The translations under genes were made by a program, and so were the position numbers. Source: Rebecca billardiae RCC1528 (lineage: Eukaryota > Protista > Haptophyta). Taken from it: a stretch of DNA of 64,000 nt. Numbering within the stretch: the stretch's first letter is position 1; each line of letters opens with the position of its first letter. Below the pieces are notes generated by a model. The model ran no database searches, was not told where the DNA came from, and worked only from the letters and a program-made list of their open reading frames with translations. The stretch covers positions 806,001-870,000 of the forward strand of contig OZ251234.1 of assembly GCA_965240325.2 (NCBI GenBank), written 5' to 3'. Shown here in pieces: positions 23,104 through 36,145 of this stretch.

Positions 23104-26100
23104 ATGAGCTCATGGGAGCTTCGCGGCGGACAACGTGGGAACACACCGCGCGGACGCGCGCGGTTTCACCCGAACTCGAAGGTCGACATCCGCGAGGATT
23201 TGACCGACGACACCACCAGACCGGCGGCGCAGCAGCCAAAGCGCGCGTCACGCGACCGACCGGAACGCAACCACTCTCGACCTTCGCAGCAGCCGCGAGG
23301 CGAGAGGACGCGTACTTCGAACGAGCAGCTGCGCTCGTTCAAGAACCTCGACTACCGCTTCGGACATCCCCCGCGGAGCGAGCAAGACCACAACCTCAGC
23401 GGCCGCGACGGCAAAGCCCAGCGACAACGCGTACTACAGGTCAAGCGCAGCAAGTGGCGCTTCAAGGTCAACAAGGACTCCAACCACGCACCCGACGACG
23501 GGGCGTGGAGAGCGGAGCGCACAGAGCCACCCAGCGCCGCGTCTGCGCTGCGGGACCCGCTCCAGCCGCGGGGTCACAACCACCAAACCTCGCAACGCGA
23601 GGCCAAACGCGGCGCGCGCACGCGCACCGCGCACGCGCAAAGTATCCCCACGCTGATTCCCAGCGCGCGTCAGACACAGGGACGACAGTCGGCGACCGAC
23701 TCGATCCCATATGTCCCCTCCTTCACGTTCCAGATTCTCCCTTCCGTCTATGCGAGCGGCTGGGACTCTACGCCCGCCTACAAGGGCGCGGCGACAACGC
23801 CTAACCAGTGGAGTGAGATTGATGACGATGATCCAGCGTCGTGCCAGCCGTGCGACAATCAGTCGTGCACATCGAGGCATTGCCTTCTTGAGTGCAACAT
23901 CTGTGGGATGGGCAGAGTCTGCAGCTACAGATGCGCAGACGCCATCCAGGTTCAGCATCAGCTCGAATGTGAGCAGATCATCCAGTTTGCAGCGATGAAC
24001 GATGGGATTGACATCGATGATGATGGCATTCACGTCCACCAACAGGACGGACCCGTCGCAGCGGCTGATCGCCGCAGCCTGAGCGTCGTGAATGACGCAG
24101 GCGCCAGCCTCGATGATATTTGCCCTTGGCGGCCATCTAAACGATGCACTATCTACTCGGGAGGCTTCATCGCAGCAGCCGCAGAGCGGCATCAAGGTCA
24201 CAACTACACAGTTGGAGACTATGTGCGGGAAAGGGACGAGCTTCACCAAAGCAAGTTTGATCTCATGTTCCATTGTAACGACGCACTCCTACAGCCAGGT
24301 GTCGCATGCTTACTGCACGACGAGTTCTATGGGCTGACTTCTGAAGCAGGCGAGGGACACTCGCCAGCTGACGACGGTCCACCTGGACATGGCACAAACT
24401 ACCCGCCTGCCGCGACTGGCGCCGACAACAGCGCACAGCAGAGCAGCGATGGGGACGAGTCCTCTACGTCGGACATTGACAGCTATGCCACAGCAGAGGA
24501 CCACATTGAGACAAGCTCGCCCCACGCGTCACCGCGAACGCGCAGAAATGGAAGCGAAGCTTGCACCTACTTGCCCGACGCACATGCAATGATGGCTGTG
24601 CAGACAAGCCAGCCCGGCGTCGGAAGCTACAAGCTGAATTTCTTCACAATCAAATCGAAAATGGCTATCCACGGAGCGATCAAGGACGCAGTCACCGAGG
24701 TCAAGGCTTCCTACAAGGGAAGAGCGACCGACACTACGTCGTCCATGGTCACCCTCGTCGAGGCCAGGCTCTCCGGATACGCGCTGGCCGAGGCAGCCGT
24801 GTGGACAGCCGAAAATGCTATTCGGGAACCTTACGCAACCGCATTCGCAAACATGGACGCGGACACCACCATCATGCAGATGACGATCGTCTACGAGCGA
24901 TCGGTGGAAGTACTTTTCAAGCGTATCAAGGACATGATGCTGCCAAGTCTCTTTTCGTACCTCGAGTCGAAAAGGCACATCGTGAACCCGAATGAGAATT
25001 TCCTGAATTTACATACTCTGCTCGAAATCTTCGAGCACGAGCTGAACGTATCGACCATGTCGGAGCTCCGGGCTGAGTTCAAGAAGCTCTACCCGGACCG
25101 ACCGACCCCGGTGAGCGGCCCTGAGATGATCAAGCAAACGGTGGAGATGGTACGCGCATCACGCTATCGAGAGCTAGACGACGCCACACTCCTCGTGTTC
25201 AAGCTGTACAATGGGATGCACGAGCACCCAGGGGTCTACTCGACCGTCATCTCTATTTACGGTTCAATGTCGCCCCAGCAATGCGTGGCGCAGACCGAAC
25301 AGCTCACCGCCCAGATCGAGGACGCATACAGGCGTTGGACTCAGTCGCCCAAGGGACGACAGGCAACGCAACGTGACCCCAAGCGGGGCGGTCCCGCGCA
25401 CGCTCTCAATACTGAGGAGGCGGACCGCCGACAACCAGCAGTCACGTGCTCGCATTGCGGACTACGCAATCACACCGCAGAACGGTGCTGGAAGCTACAT
25501 CCAGACTTGCGGCCACCCAGGCCGCCCGGTGCACCAAAACAGGGCAACTTCAAGCCGCCCGCCGAGCCCGGCAGGTATGACGGCAAGTTCATCAAGGTAC
25601 CTCCGCCCCCCAAGTGGGCGGGGAGGCCGCGAGCCCAGATGGTGCAAGACGAGGACATCGACCCGGAACCCGATGACGCAGATCTCGAGCCGACGCAATA
25701 CGCGTATCTGGACTCGGGCGCGTCCCAATCATTTGTCGATATCAACCTCGGCCTGCTACACAATGCTCATCCGATCAGCATGTCTGTCAAGGTCGCCAAG
25801 CGCGACATTGAGCTACACGCATCCAAGGCAGGCGACATGTACGTATACTTACTCGACGCCGACTCAGACACAACCGTGCCGGTGTGCCTGGAAAACGTCG
25901 TCGGAGTCGAAGATCTCGATACTACTCTCTTTTCAGTCAACGCGTTCGCCGCGGCCGGAATGGCTGTGGTGTTCGACGAACGACCATACATCCGCATCGG
26001 CCCCAAGAGGGTTCATTTGCGCCCCGACAACACTGTCGGATTCAAGGCAGTCGTACCCAAGGCAGAGACAGCCATGCCGGCCACCGCGGACGACATGCCA

Positions 26101-29100
26101 CCAGACGTCGACCCGATCAAGAACGGTCGAAAGATCACGCTCTGGCAATCCAGACTAGGATACGCCGATATCAAGCGTGTACGCGCAACCTACCGCGCGA
26201 ACGACAAGATGTCGGAGGCATCGCCCTGCACGTACCAGCCCTCCGACATTGCCAAGTTCAAAGCTAAGCCGTTCCCGGGCACACGTGAGAGGACAACTCG
26301 ACCGCTCGAGATGCTCCACAACGATGTCATCGGGCCCATCAACGGGCTGCCCGCCAAGACTCCAAGGTGGGGAACTCTATTCATCGATGATTTTTCCGGA
26401 TACATGCGCTTCTACGACATGCAAAACAAGGCTGAAGCGCCGGAGAAGCTCGACCTCATGGCCAGCGAGATGGGAGCCAACTCTCTATCCGCCACCATGC
26501 AGAACAAGGGTATCGCAGGATGCACCATTCACCTTGACGGAGGCCGAGAGTTACACTCAAAGAATTGGAACCGAGTCCTTCGCAGGTACGACATGCTATG
26601 CAACTACATGTCGCCCCCCCACACGCAGCAGCTGAACGGCGTCGCCGAACGTGGCCTCGGAGTCATCATGAATGACGCCAGGACAATGCTGTACCTCTCA
26701 GGCGTACACCACAAATGGTGGCATTGGGCAGCCAAGTGCGCTGCCGCGCAACGCAACCTGATGAGCAAGCATCCTACCAGCGATGGCAAGCTGGTTTCGC
26801 CGCACGAGTTGATGTTTGGCACCTCGCCCGGGCCCTTCCTGCAAAAGCTGAGAGTCTGGGGCTCGCCTTGCATCTACCTCGTACAGTCGATCAACAAGCA
26901 GAACAAGCTACTCCCGCGCGCGCGGGAGGGCATCTTATTGGGATACGGATTTGACGGTATCTTCGAGCGAGGCGCGATCAAGCGATCGCACGGATACATC
27001 GTTTTGAGTGCCGACGACGGGAAAATCGTCATCACTCGGCATTTCAAGTTCAACGAGCAAGTCATTTTGGATCGAATCTCTACGCATTTCAAGGAGATCC
27101 GCGAAATTCGGGACCCCCTGCTGGCGTGGAGCGCTCGGCGACCCCCTCAAGGTGCAGATGCTGGTAAGACCCATGACAGCAACACCAACGAGGAGGGCGG
27201 CGAAGAGTTTGCCAGCAGCAGCAGCGACGCCGACAGCGGCTCCGAGCGCGGAGGAGACGATCCACCATCGCCGGACGAGAAATCAGACGACGATGACGAC
27301 GAGGATGACGGGGACGGCCCCGACGACGACGAGAAGGGAGATGACGGCGACGACGACGGTGATGAAGACGGCCCCGGAGCTGGAGGCGGACCATCGCCCA
27401 GCAACGCGCCGCCGCAGCCGAAGCAGCCTCCTCCCTCCGCCGATCGCCGCCCACAGCGGACCCGCAACATGACTGGCAAGTCATACTTCCCGTCGACGCG
27501 GCGCGCGCGCGCGCGCGCGCAGCTCGCGCAGCTCGCATCAGATATCCCGGTACCTACATCGTTCAAGGAAGCGATGGAGAGCAAGCAAGCATCCGATTGG
27601 ACAAGGGCTATCATGGAAGAATACGAGGCCCACGACAGACTGGGCACATTCACGCCCGTCGTTGTTCCCAAAGGGAAAGCAATTATCCCATCGAAGCTGG
27701 TCTTCAAGGTCAAAGCCAATCCAGATGGTACCATCGAACGGTACAAGGCAAGATTGGTTGGTCAAGGCTTCCGCCAGATTCAAGGAGTCAATTACGACGA
27801 GGTGTTCTCGCCTACTATCCGGTACGAGAACGTACGCCTCCTATTGGCACTGACGACGGAGCTACGAACACCAGAAAGACCTTGGATCATCCACTCCGCG
27901 GACGTGAGTACGGCGTACCTCCAAGCCCCTTTGGAGGACGGCCTGAAGATCTACACTACGCTACCCCCGCTGTACCCGTGTACTCTCAAGCCACCCGAGG
28001 GGCATGTGGTCGCGGCCGACTGGGATATGGCCCTTCCAGGATTTAAGCAGAGCGGCCGACGATGGCACCTCCGCCTCAGCCAGAAACTGCGAGAGAAAGG
28101 ATTCAAAAAACTCGCACAGTCGGAGTGCATCTTCGTCCGCATCTCCGGAGACATCATCGACGTCATCGCAGTGTACGTGGACGATCTGCTTATTCTGAGC
28201 AGCTCCCCCGACAGCGCAAGGCCCAGCTCGATTATTGAGGAAATTCGAAAAGAATTTACCCTCCGGGATTTGGGACCAGCAACGACGTTCCTGGGCATGA
28301 ATATCACCCAGGGGCCCAAGTCGACGACTATCTCCATGTCACAGTACATCACCGATCTCCTCAAGAGGCACGACATGAGCGACATTACGCCCGTCGACAA
28401 CCCATGCAGATCGGCAGCAGAGCAACCGACATCAATCGAGACAGACGATTCATCATCGTGCTCGTCGGAGGAATCAAAGACCTACCGAGCAATCGTCGGA
28501 GCGCTACTATTCATCATGAACACCTGCCGACCCGACATCAGCTATGCAGTCAACATGTTGGCAAGGTACATGGCAAGCCCAAGTTCGAACGACCTTAAAG
28601 GTGCCAAGCGAGTGCTCAGGTACTTGGCCGGGACAAAGAATTCCGGCATCACTTTCAAATCAACACCTACTCAGCCACGGACGGAGATGTTTGTGGACTC
28701 GGATTGGGCCAACGATACAAAGGATCGCCGCTCGACAGGAAGCTATATCTACTTCCACGCAGGCGGCCCAGTATCGTGGCGCACCTTCAAGCAGTCAATC
28801 ACAACCCTCTCATCATGTGAGGCCGAATATGTCGCTCTCGCTGAAGGAGCCAAAGAGGCAGTTTACCTACGCGACATCATCAGCGATATTCTCAATATCC
28901 CCAAGACGCCCATTGTGATCCATGAGGACAACAACTAACAAGGGGGCGATTGATCTCTCGAAGAACAGCATCCATCATAAGCGCACCAAGCACATCGACG
29001 TACGACACCATTTTATTCGAGATTGTGTCGACCTCGGTGCAGTCAACATCATCAAGGTACACACATCGGAAAACATCGCCGATTGTCTTACCAAGGCGCT

Positions 29101-29158
29101 ACCCAAGGACAAGTTTGCAAAATTCCGAGACATCATGGTTGCACCAGTTTCGAATTGA
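23104..29158 (+). pseudogene. gag-pol: Copia gag-pol polyprotein (MYND-like finger, Gag, zinc knuckle, protease, integrase, RT, RNase H), broken by a 7-bp insertion near 28935
   Basis: CSHCGLRNHTAERC, YLDSGAS, integrase D..D..E (HNDVIGP / HLDGGRE / NGVAER), YKARLV, YVDDLL, DSDWA, EAEY. The RNase H tail KHIDVRHHF lies in another frame (28922-29158). Confidence 0.95.
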
Positions 29159-29256
29159 GGGGGCGTGTCAAAAGCCCAAGGCAGCCATTGGCGCCATTCC
29201 CCAGCTCGAGGTTTCAATCTCAAGGCGCTGAGCAATTCTAAGCGCCACCATGCTGA

Positions 29257-30530
29257 GGCTCCGGCTTCGGTTGACCCCTGCCAGTCCGGTCATAGAAACC
29301 GGGCGTACCGAAAATGAAAACGACCTTCGCGAGGTCGCACGGAGGCGGTCGAAGGCTTGCTGGACTCGGGTTGGCGAGCTGAGCGCGAATCCGCACCGTT
29401 TGCCGCGATCGCTTGTTTTTACACGGCGCCAGAGCCCGATTTTCACCATTTCTACTGGGAGTCCGGGTACTTTTATTGGCCTTTTGCCCACTATGGTGGT
29501 GCGGGCGCGGGTCGCGTTGGACGTGCCCATCGTGTTCGACACCGACGTCTCGGACGAACAGCTGGGAGGTAATCTTGGCGACCGCGATGCCGAGCACCTC
29601 TTTGCGGTCGCGCGTGACCTGGAGATCGTGCACACGGTGTCTGACACGACCTCGTCAGTGCACCACGGTCGGTGCAAGCCTCTCTGCACGTTGCGCCGTC
29701 TCCGGACCTCTGCAATCAGATCAAGGTGAACATGTCGAGGACGCACAACACGATGGAGCGGATGCTTTTCCATCTCGTCGTCGATATGCTCAGGCCTCTC
29801 TGTCTGGACGAGTACTTTGTGATCCTTACGCGCTCGACACTGCAAGTCGCGACGAGGGCGACTCACGAGCCCGAGACAAGCAGCAAGCGGCAGAAGGAGG
29901 CGGACGGGCAGTGGTGGACGATGGGGGGGCGAGTCTGATTTCAAGCGATACGCGCGCATGGATCTTGACCGGCGCTCGCGCGAGCTGGGCACCGGCGAGA
30001 TCGAGAGCGACACGATCGTCCGCGGCGTTGTCGTGCTCACGCCCGTGCAACCGATCACGCCTGACTTTCAGCGGCGCCCCAGCACGCGGCACGAGGCGGA
30101 GGCACGCGGCAGCGGCGGCGGAGCGGCCGCGTCTGGCGGTGTACCAGCTGAGAGAAGAGCGCGGCACAATGCTATGCGCGCGCAGCTGACCAACCAGAGC
30201 GCGCTCGCAAGTGCGGGGCGGTGAGCTGCCGTGAGGCGTGACATGGTCATGGCGTGCGTATCACGTCGATGCATGAATGGAATACAAGTTCCGTCAGAAA
30301 TACCCGCGTCAATATGCATTTACCCATGTTTCGGATTTCGGTCAGATTTCTGTATGTGTCACTTATAGAAATTGAGCCTGAAACATATTGGGAGGTGGGT
30401 GTATGCTCAATGTCGCTTTGAAGTCATCAATCCGGGGTCGGGAGGGACCCGGCTATATGGTCCGCTCGAGTGACTTCGACTCGGTTCTCAGAATGCCCGC
30501 CACTGGCAGGGGTCAACCGAATCCGGAGCC
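29257..30530. mobile_element. 1.27-kb non-autonomous TIR DNA transposon inserted in the 3' LTR of Copia A (possibly PIF/Harbinger-like)
   Basis: 29-bp TIR GGCTCCGG(C/A)TTCGGTTGACCCCTGCCAGT. Duplication of CTGA (or TGA) relative to the empty 5' LTR. Confidence 0.85.
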
Positions 30531-31340
30531 CTGAGGCTTCATTCCAAATTCAAAACCTTATCATCGACCTCAACTGTCGGTTTTATTCACGTCCAGTGCA
30601 CCAATTCATTCATCATCATTCATCGTGCATTTCATAATGGCCAACAAGCGTCGCGGAACAATCCAGGAATCAAAGCTCCTGAGATGTTCTCAAGCCTTCG
30701 CAGGGCAATGCACTATCAGATCATTCCGAGAACGTGCCTTCGCAATCAGAAGCCGAGAAGCATCTCCAAACTTTCTAATCACGAAAGTTCTGGGATGAGT
30801 CCTTCGTGAGAACCCTACAAAAGTTTTTCTCAGCGATCTGGAGCTACACCAGCCACACAACAAAACCGAACTGATCAGCAAGCAGGGCCAGACCCCTGCG
30901 CCACCATCGCCAAAGAGCGAACCTCCGCCAGCGCACGAAGTGCCAATCATTAAGTAACGTTTCGCTGAATCTCTATGTGGCACTACTGTGGCGCAGCGCG
31001 CGCACGCTCGGCCCGCGGCGCGACGGCACGCGGAGTAGGTTTTGAGGTCGAAATAACTTTTGCTCCGCCCCGATGGGGCACATTTATGGCGTCGATTCTG
31101 GGCGAGAGACAAAATATAGGACGTCATTCCGAGTGCGCAGGAATATCGCCCCAGTTGGGAGGGACCCATCACCTATAAATTGGTACACGGGCCCTCCGGG
31201 CCCGCATAACTCAAACTGTCCGGGCGCGCCGGCGCCGGCCGCCGAGCGGGCCGCCATCCAATTCAATGAAGAATTGAAGATTGCGTAGTTAGTGGTCGGG
31301 TGTTTGGTCAATAATTGGTGTCAAAGGAATCGCCAATCTA

Positions 31341-31430
31341 CAGTTTACTAAGAATAAGAGACGCACACAGCTCAGGCAGGCGAGATTGACGCCCGCCAAC
31401 TGTCACCGCCCATGAAGCCGTCGCCGATGG
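31341..31430 (-). mobile_element. 90-bp one-ended insertion in the 5' LTR of element B (family copy 2)
   Basis: Absent from the 3' LTR; shares its fixed end with 3981-4026 and 46011-46056. Confidence 0.8.
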
Positions 31431-31755
31431 CAGTGATTTCCACTTTCCAATCCAACATTTTACTCGCAGTCACACAGTGGCGGCGCGACCGCTGCGGCGG
31501 CGCTCGCACAAAATTCATCCAAAATCAACACTGACCTGATCATAAATCGACAGCAAAACAGCATGGACGGCAACGTACATCCTACGACCTCATCTCGAAG
31601 CTTCTGAGACAGAATCAGACGAACGAGTCACCGTCCGGGAATGTCACCGTCCGGGAATCTTTGACCCGCGAAGACGACGTGTCGATCCGAAATTACTTCG
31701 CTAAAATTAGCCGACAGCTCGATCCACGCTGAAGCTCCATTCGTTCGTCCGCGCA

Positions 31756-34359
31756 ATGTCTGTGGCCGCGCGGTTCTCTCAACATGCTAGCAGGTGCAGG
31801 GACTACTTGGGCAAGGACGGAGATGGCAAGAACAGCGGCAAGGACGTGAACGGCCATCAGCCCGCCCCAGTTGCTCCCCTCATTGGGTTGAAGCCAGGCG
31901 TGGCAGCGCAAAAGCGCTCGGCGATTGCGCAAAGTCGCACGCCCAACTACCTCGCCGCTGCCCTGAGGGGCATGCAGGCTGAGATGAAGCGGCAAGGCGA
32001 GAAGCTCACGCTTCTCTGCAAGCCCATCTCCAGCGCCTACGGGCCTGGCAACACCGCTGACCTGAACTCAGGCAGCCACGTGACGAGTGCGATCGCACCG
32101 CGCGTCACCGACCGGCTTCATGCCGAGTCAATCAAGGATCACCTTGAGGAGGAGGTTTGCGCACAGTGCGGTGAGGAGGAGCGTTGCCGCTCGCATCCCT
32201 CGCCATCGCGCCACTCCATCCGCACGCACGTCGTTGCGCAGGGGATCTCAACAACTACCGCTCGGCACTTTGCGCCCGCAAGCGAGGAGCGCGCGGCCGA
32301 GAGCCCGCAGCTCAAGGAGTGCCTTGCAGCCTCCGAGTCATCGAACGAGGTCACCGAGCGTTCCGGGGCAGATGCAGCGCTCGACGCTGCTGCCGCTGAT
32401 GCCGCCTCGACCGTCGAGGCCCTCGAGCCTGCTGACGCTGCTCGGCGTGCTGGCCATCTGGCAGCCGCCCGTGACAGCGCGGTGGTCGTGACCGCCGCAG
32501 TCAGTCTGCAGCCTCGCGCGCATGACACTGTGTCTGAGTCTGACCGATCGAACGATGACATTAGCACCGATGAGTGCGACTCAAACGACCTGTATGGTCT
32601 GGCAGAGCAAACTATGCTCCAAGATGCTACGACGCGTGACTCAGTCACCGCGAGCACCAGCCCCAATATTCATTGGGACCGAACCAAACCCATCGTATTC
32701 TTGGAGATGACCAACAAATACGTTTACCCCAAAATTCACGAGGCCCTCGCAGGCCCAACGATGGCTTCCGAAGCCGAGCTGCTCGCCACGAGCGACACAA
32801 GCAGCCGCGAGATGACCGCCGCAGAGACGGCAGAGTCCTCGTCTGGCACGTATCGACTCGCGTCGAACATAGGAAGCGCATACGATGCAGGGGGGGCATC
32901 ATACACCTGCTTGACGGCAAAGCCGCAGCAAAACCAAGTTGGCGAGCGCGACGCGCATGCGCATGCATCAGCTGCGTCAGCCATCACAACGCCACACTCT
33001 TGCAAGGAAGAGTATTCCGCCGAAGCTGCCGCGGATGCACATGCATCACCGCAGGACAGAACGAGCGTGAAGAAGCCCAAAGAAGGCACCACCGCCTCGA
33101 CGAGGGTCACTCCTCGCTCGAAGGTAGAGCGCGAATCGCCACAGAGCGCGCGCGACATATCGACCAATGCACTTGAGTCGAAGAAACGTGACTGGATAGT
33201 CATTGAAGGAGGAGTCACAGACTCTAGTCCAAACAAGAAGGAACGTGTGTTCATGGCACGCGAATCCTCGGCAGGAGTGGACACACCCGCCACACACAAG
33301 CTGACACAGTCGGCTCTGAAATCCAAGCGCGCGGTACACAGCGCGATACGGGATGCACTCGCAGAAGTGAGCACCTACTACAAGGGCAAATCCTCAGATG
33401 TCACACCTGACATATTGGAGCCCAAGGATAGCAAGCTATCCGGCTTTCAACTCATTGCCAAAGATAAATGGGTGAAAGACGCAGCCAAAATCGATCCATA
33501 CAAGGCTGATAACGCTGACGCCAATAAGATCGGATCGGTCTACGATCGATCTGCGGCGGCGATATTCAAGCAGCTGAAGGACTCTATTGAGCCTCAGTTA
33601 TTCGCCTATCTGGAATCGAAGCTGCACATCAGCGATCCGACCAAGAACTACTTGGATCTGGCGCTGCTGCTACAGATATTCGAGCGAGAGCTCAAGATCA
33701 CAACTATGTCCGAACTCAGGGATGAATTCCTGAAGTTATACCCGACAAAGGTGTCGCCCGTGGGCGCATCGGACATTATCAAGAAATCCGTCGAGCAAGT
33801 CCGCTCATCTCGATATGGGAATCTGGACGATGCTACGATGTTGGTCTTCAAGCTGTATAACAGCACGCACGACCATCCCCAAGTCTACGAGTCAGTTATC
33901 TCGCACTTCGGAGCGCTCACGCCCGAGCAATGTGTGGATAACACTGACCAGATAATGGCCCAGATGGAAGATGCCTACAAACGGCACGGCTCAATGAAGC
34001 TACTCCATCAGAACAATACCAAGGGGAGAGAGACCGAATACTATTCCAAGATACGCCAAAATGCTGATTATCAGCAAGGCACGCGGCGACGCGGTGACTT
34101 TGAGGGCGCCGAAGTCTTCGCCGCTCAGGCCCAAAAGGCTCAAGCCAATGGCGAGAGCGGGCCGAATAATTCGGACACCGGCAAACGGTGCACTCACTGT
34201 GGTCTCAAGAACCATACTGCCCAGCAGTGTTGGAAGCTCCACCCAGAGCTACGCCCCAAGGCCAACAATTACAACAAAGGCAAAAACAAAGGAGCCAACA
34301 AGTTTCCCAAGGAGCGTATCCATTTCCTGGATATTCCTGCTCCAGATGCCTATGATTAA
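31756..34359 (+). CDS. gag: Gag protein with long N-terminal extension and zinc knuckle
   Basis: C-terminal half aligns by eye to the Gag of element A (LFAYLESK, IFERELKITTMSELR, LDDATMLVFKLYN) and contains CTHCGLKNHTAQQCWKLHP. Confidence 0.88.
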   Translation: MSVAARFSQHASRCRDYLGKDGDGKNSGKDVNGHQPAPVAPLIGLKPGVAAQKRSAIAQSRTPNYLAAALRGMQAEMKRQGEKLTLLCKPISSAYGPGNTADLNSGSHVTSAIAPRVTDRLHAESIKDHLEEEVCAQCGEEERCRSHPSPSRHSIRTHVVAQGISTTTARHFAPASEERAAESPQLKECLAASESSNEVTERSGADAALDAAAADAASTVEALEPADAARRAGHLAAARDSAVVVTAAVSLQPRAHDTVSESDRSNDDISTDECDSNDLYGLAEQTMLQDATTRDSVTASTSPNIHWDRTKPIVFLEMTNKYVYPKIHEALAGPTMASEAELLATSDTSSREMTAAETAESSSGTYRLASNIGSAYDAGGASYTCLTAKPQQNQVGERDAHAHASAASAITTPHSCKEEYSAEAAADAHASPQDRTSVKKPKEGTTASTRVTPRSKVERESPQSARDISTNALESKKRDWIVIEGGVTDSSPNKKERVFMARESSAGVDTPATHKLTQSALKSKRAVHSAIRDALAEVSTYYKGKSSDVTPDILEPKDSKLSGFQLIAKDKWVKDAAKIDPYKADNADANKIGSVYDRSAAAIFKQLKDSIEPQLFAYLESKLHISDPTKNYLDLALLLQIFERELKITTMSELRDEFLKLYPTKVSPVGASDIIKKSVEQVRSSRYGNLDDATMLVFKLYNSTHDHPQVYESVISHFGALTPEQCVDNTDQIMAQMEDAYKRHGSMKLLHQNNTKGRETEYYSKIRQNADYQQGTRRRGDFEGAEVFAAQAQKAQANGESGPNNSDTGKRCTHCGLKNHTAQQCWKLHPELRPKANNYNKGKNKGANKFPKERIHFLDIPAPDAYD

Positions 34360-36145
34360 CTATCAAGGCAGGGCATAGCCCAATAACAAGGTCCAAAATC
34401 CAGGCCAAAGAGTGACAATGCGGTGCATATAATGCCCAGGACTGACTCGGGTTACCTAAAACCGTCACACGGAAGTCCCAGCACTTGACCCGTATCCTGG
34501 CATTTGCAACCGTTGCTGACTGCTTCAATTCACTCATGCACACAGATGCACAAACAATACCAAGCCCAAAACCACTCATAATCCAAGCTTAGTCTTCACA
34601 GACGAGCGCATATTGGATTGAGGGGGGGTGTCAAAGGAATCGCCAATCTACAGTGATTTCCACTTTCCAATCCAACATTTTACTCGCAGTCACACAGTGG
34701 CGGCGCGACCGCTGCGGCGGCGCTCGCACAAAATTCATCCAAAATCAACACTGACCTGATCATAAATCGACAGCAAAACAGCATGGACGGCAACGTACAT
34801 CCTACGACCTCATCTCGAAGCTTCTGAGACAGAATCAGACGAACGAGTCACCGTCCGGGAATGTCACCGTCCGGGAATCTTTGACCCGCGAAGACGACGT
34901 GTCGATCCGAAATTACTTCGCTAAAATTAGCCGACAGCTCGATCCACGCTGAAGCTCCATTCGTTCGTCCGCGCAATGTCTGTGGCCGCGCGGTTCTCTC
35001 AACAAGTGGTCATCATTAAAACCGCGACCAATCGGATGGCCTGCATAGCGCGAAACGCGGCTGGAGCCTGCGCGCCATCAACTCCTTTGATCAGTCAAAC
35101 CGCAAACGTCGTCGCTCCTTAGTCCTTGAATCTCATTGGCCGAAAAAAAGTGCTTGTAACGGGTCGTTACGTTACGCATCCTAAAGGACGTAAGTTTTTT
35201 TGATTTTTTCGGACGGGCGTCACACGGCACTCTTTACTTATGAACTTGTCGTGGGCGCGACCTTTTGTCGCCGAATGGATAACTACCTCTATATGTGGTC
35301 TCAAAAATCGAAACTCGGTCTCCTCCAGCCCTGTAAATCGTCCCCCGACTCCCCCCGTCCCTTTTTTTCTTATTGATCAAATAAGATCTTATTGGGTAAA
35401 CGCGAGCTCCGAGCGTGTCGAGCCCTGCTAAAAGCTCACCGGCGCGTAGCCGGGCGCGTCGACGATGACGCCCACGAGGCAATCTGACCCTCGCTCCTCT
35501 GACGAGCGAAGCTAATCCTCCTGCCGCAACCAACTTTCGGTTGCGCAGGGTGACACGGCGTTTTGCGGCCCGGCTCGGGAATCTTGTAACCTTCCTGAGC
35601 CCCGCTTCCGTGCGTCCGCCAATCGCAGGCGTTACCGACGCACCGCCGTAAGCTCATCTTTCCCCCAGGTACTCGGTAATGTCATCGGACCTGGGTAAGC
35701 TGCGCACGGACCCATGATCCCGGATTCTCGATTCTCAAAACTGAGAATCCGGGCGTCCATGAATGAAGTGATCGAGTCCGTTGTTCCTTGGACTCTTCCA
35801 CGATGGCGCCCGTCTGTGCCGCCGGCGTGCCATCCGTGCCGCGCTGCGCCGGGCCGTACCGCCCGCGCACGCGCCGCGTCCGTGTCGCTCCGCGTCTGCG
35901 CTGCCGCGTCCGCGCTCCGCGTCCACGTCGCTCCGCGCCAGCGCTGCTGCGCTCGCGCTCCTGCCGCCGCGCGCGCCGCGCGCGCGCGCCGCCAGAGCCA
36001 GCCACTGCGTAGCTGATGCCGCCGGCCCGCCTGGTGCGGCGCCGGCCCTGACGTCCCAGCGGCGACGCCATCTGCTGAGATGCGCGCCCCAGGCTGCGTC
36101 AGCTCAACACCCCCCCTCGACAGCCATAGCCGCGAGCTGCGCCGC

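Larger units (their letters stand above)
22599..30949 (+). mobile_element. Ty1/Copia LTR retrotransposon A
   Basis: 506-bp LTRs TGTCA..AATCA at 22599-23104 and 29166-30949 (the latter with an insertion). 5-bp TSD TTAAG. PPT GAGGGGGCG before the 3' LTR. Confidence 0.97.
31319..35004 (+). mobile_element. Gag-only (TR-GAG-like) non-autonomous Copia-related LTR element B
   Basis: 376-bp LTRs TGTCA..CAACA at 31319-31784 (with a 90-bp insert) and 34629-35004. [25 protein letters not shown] (1 mismatch). No pol. Confidence 0.92.

Noticed and set aside
29250-30224. Transposase within the 1.27-kb TIR element
   Set aside because: Only short broken ORFs with no recognisable DDE motifs.
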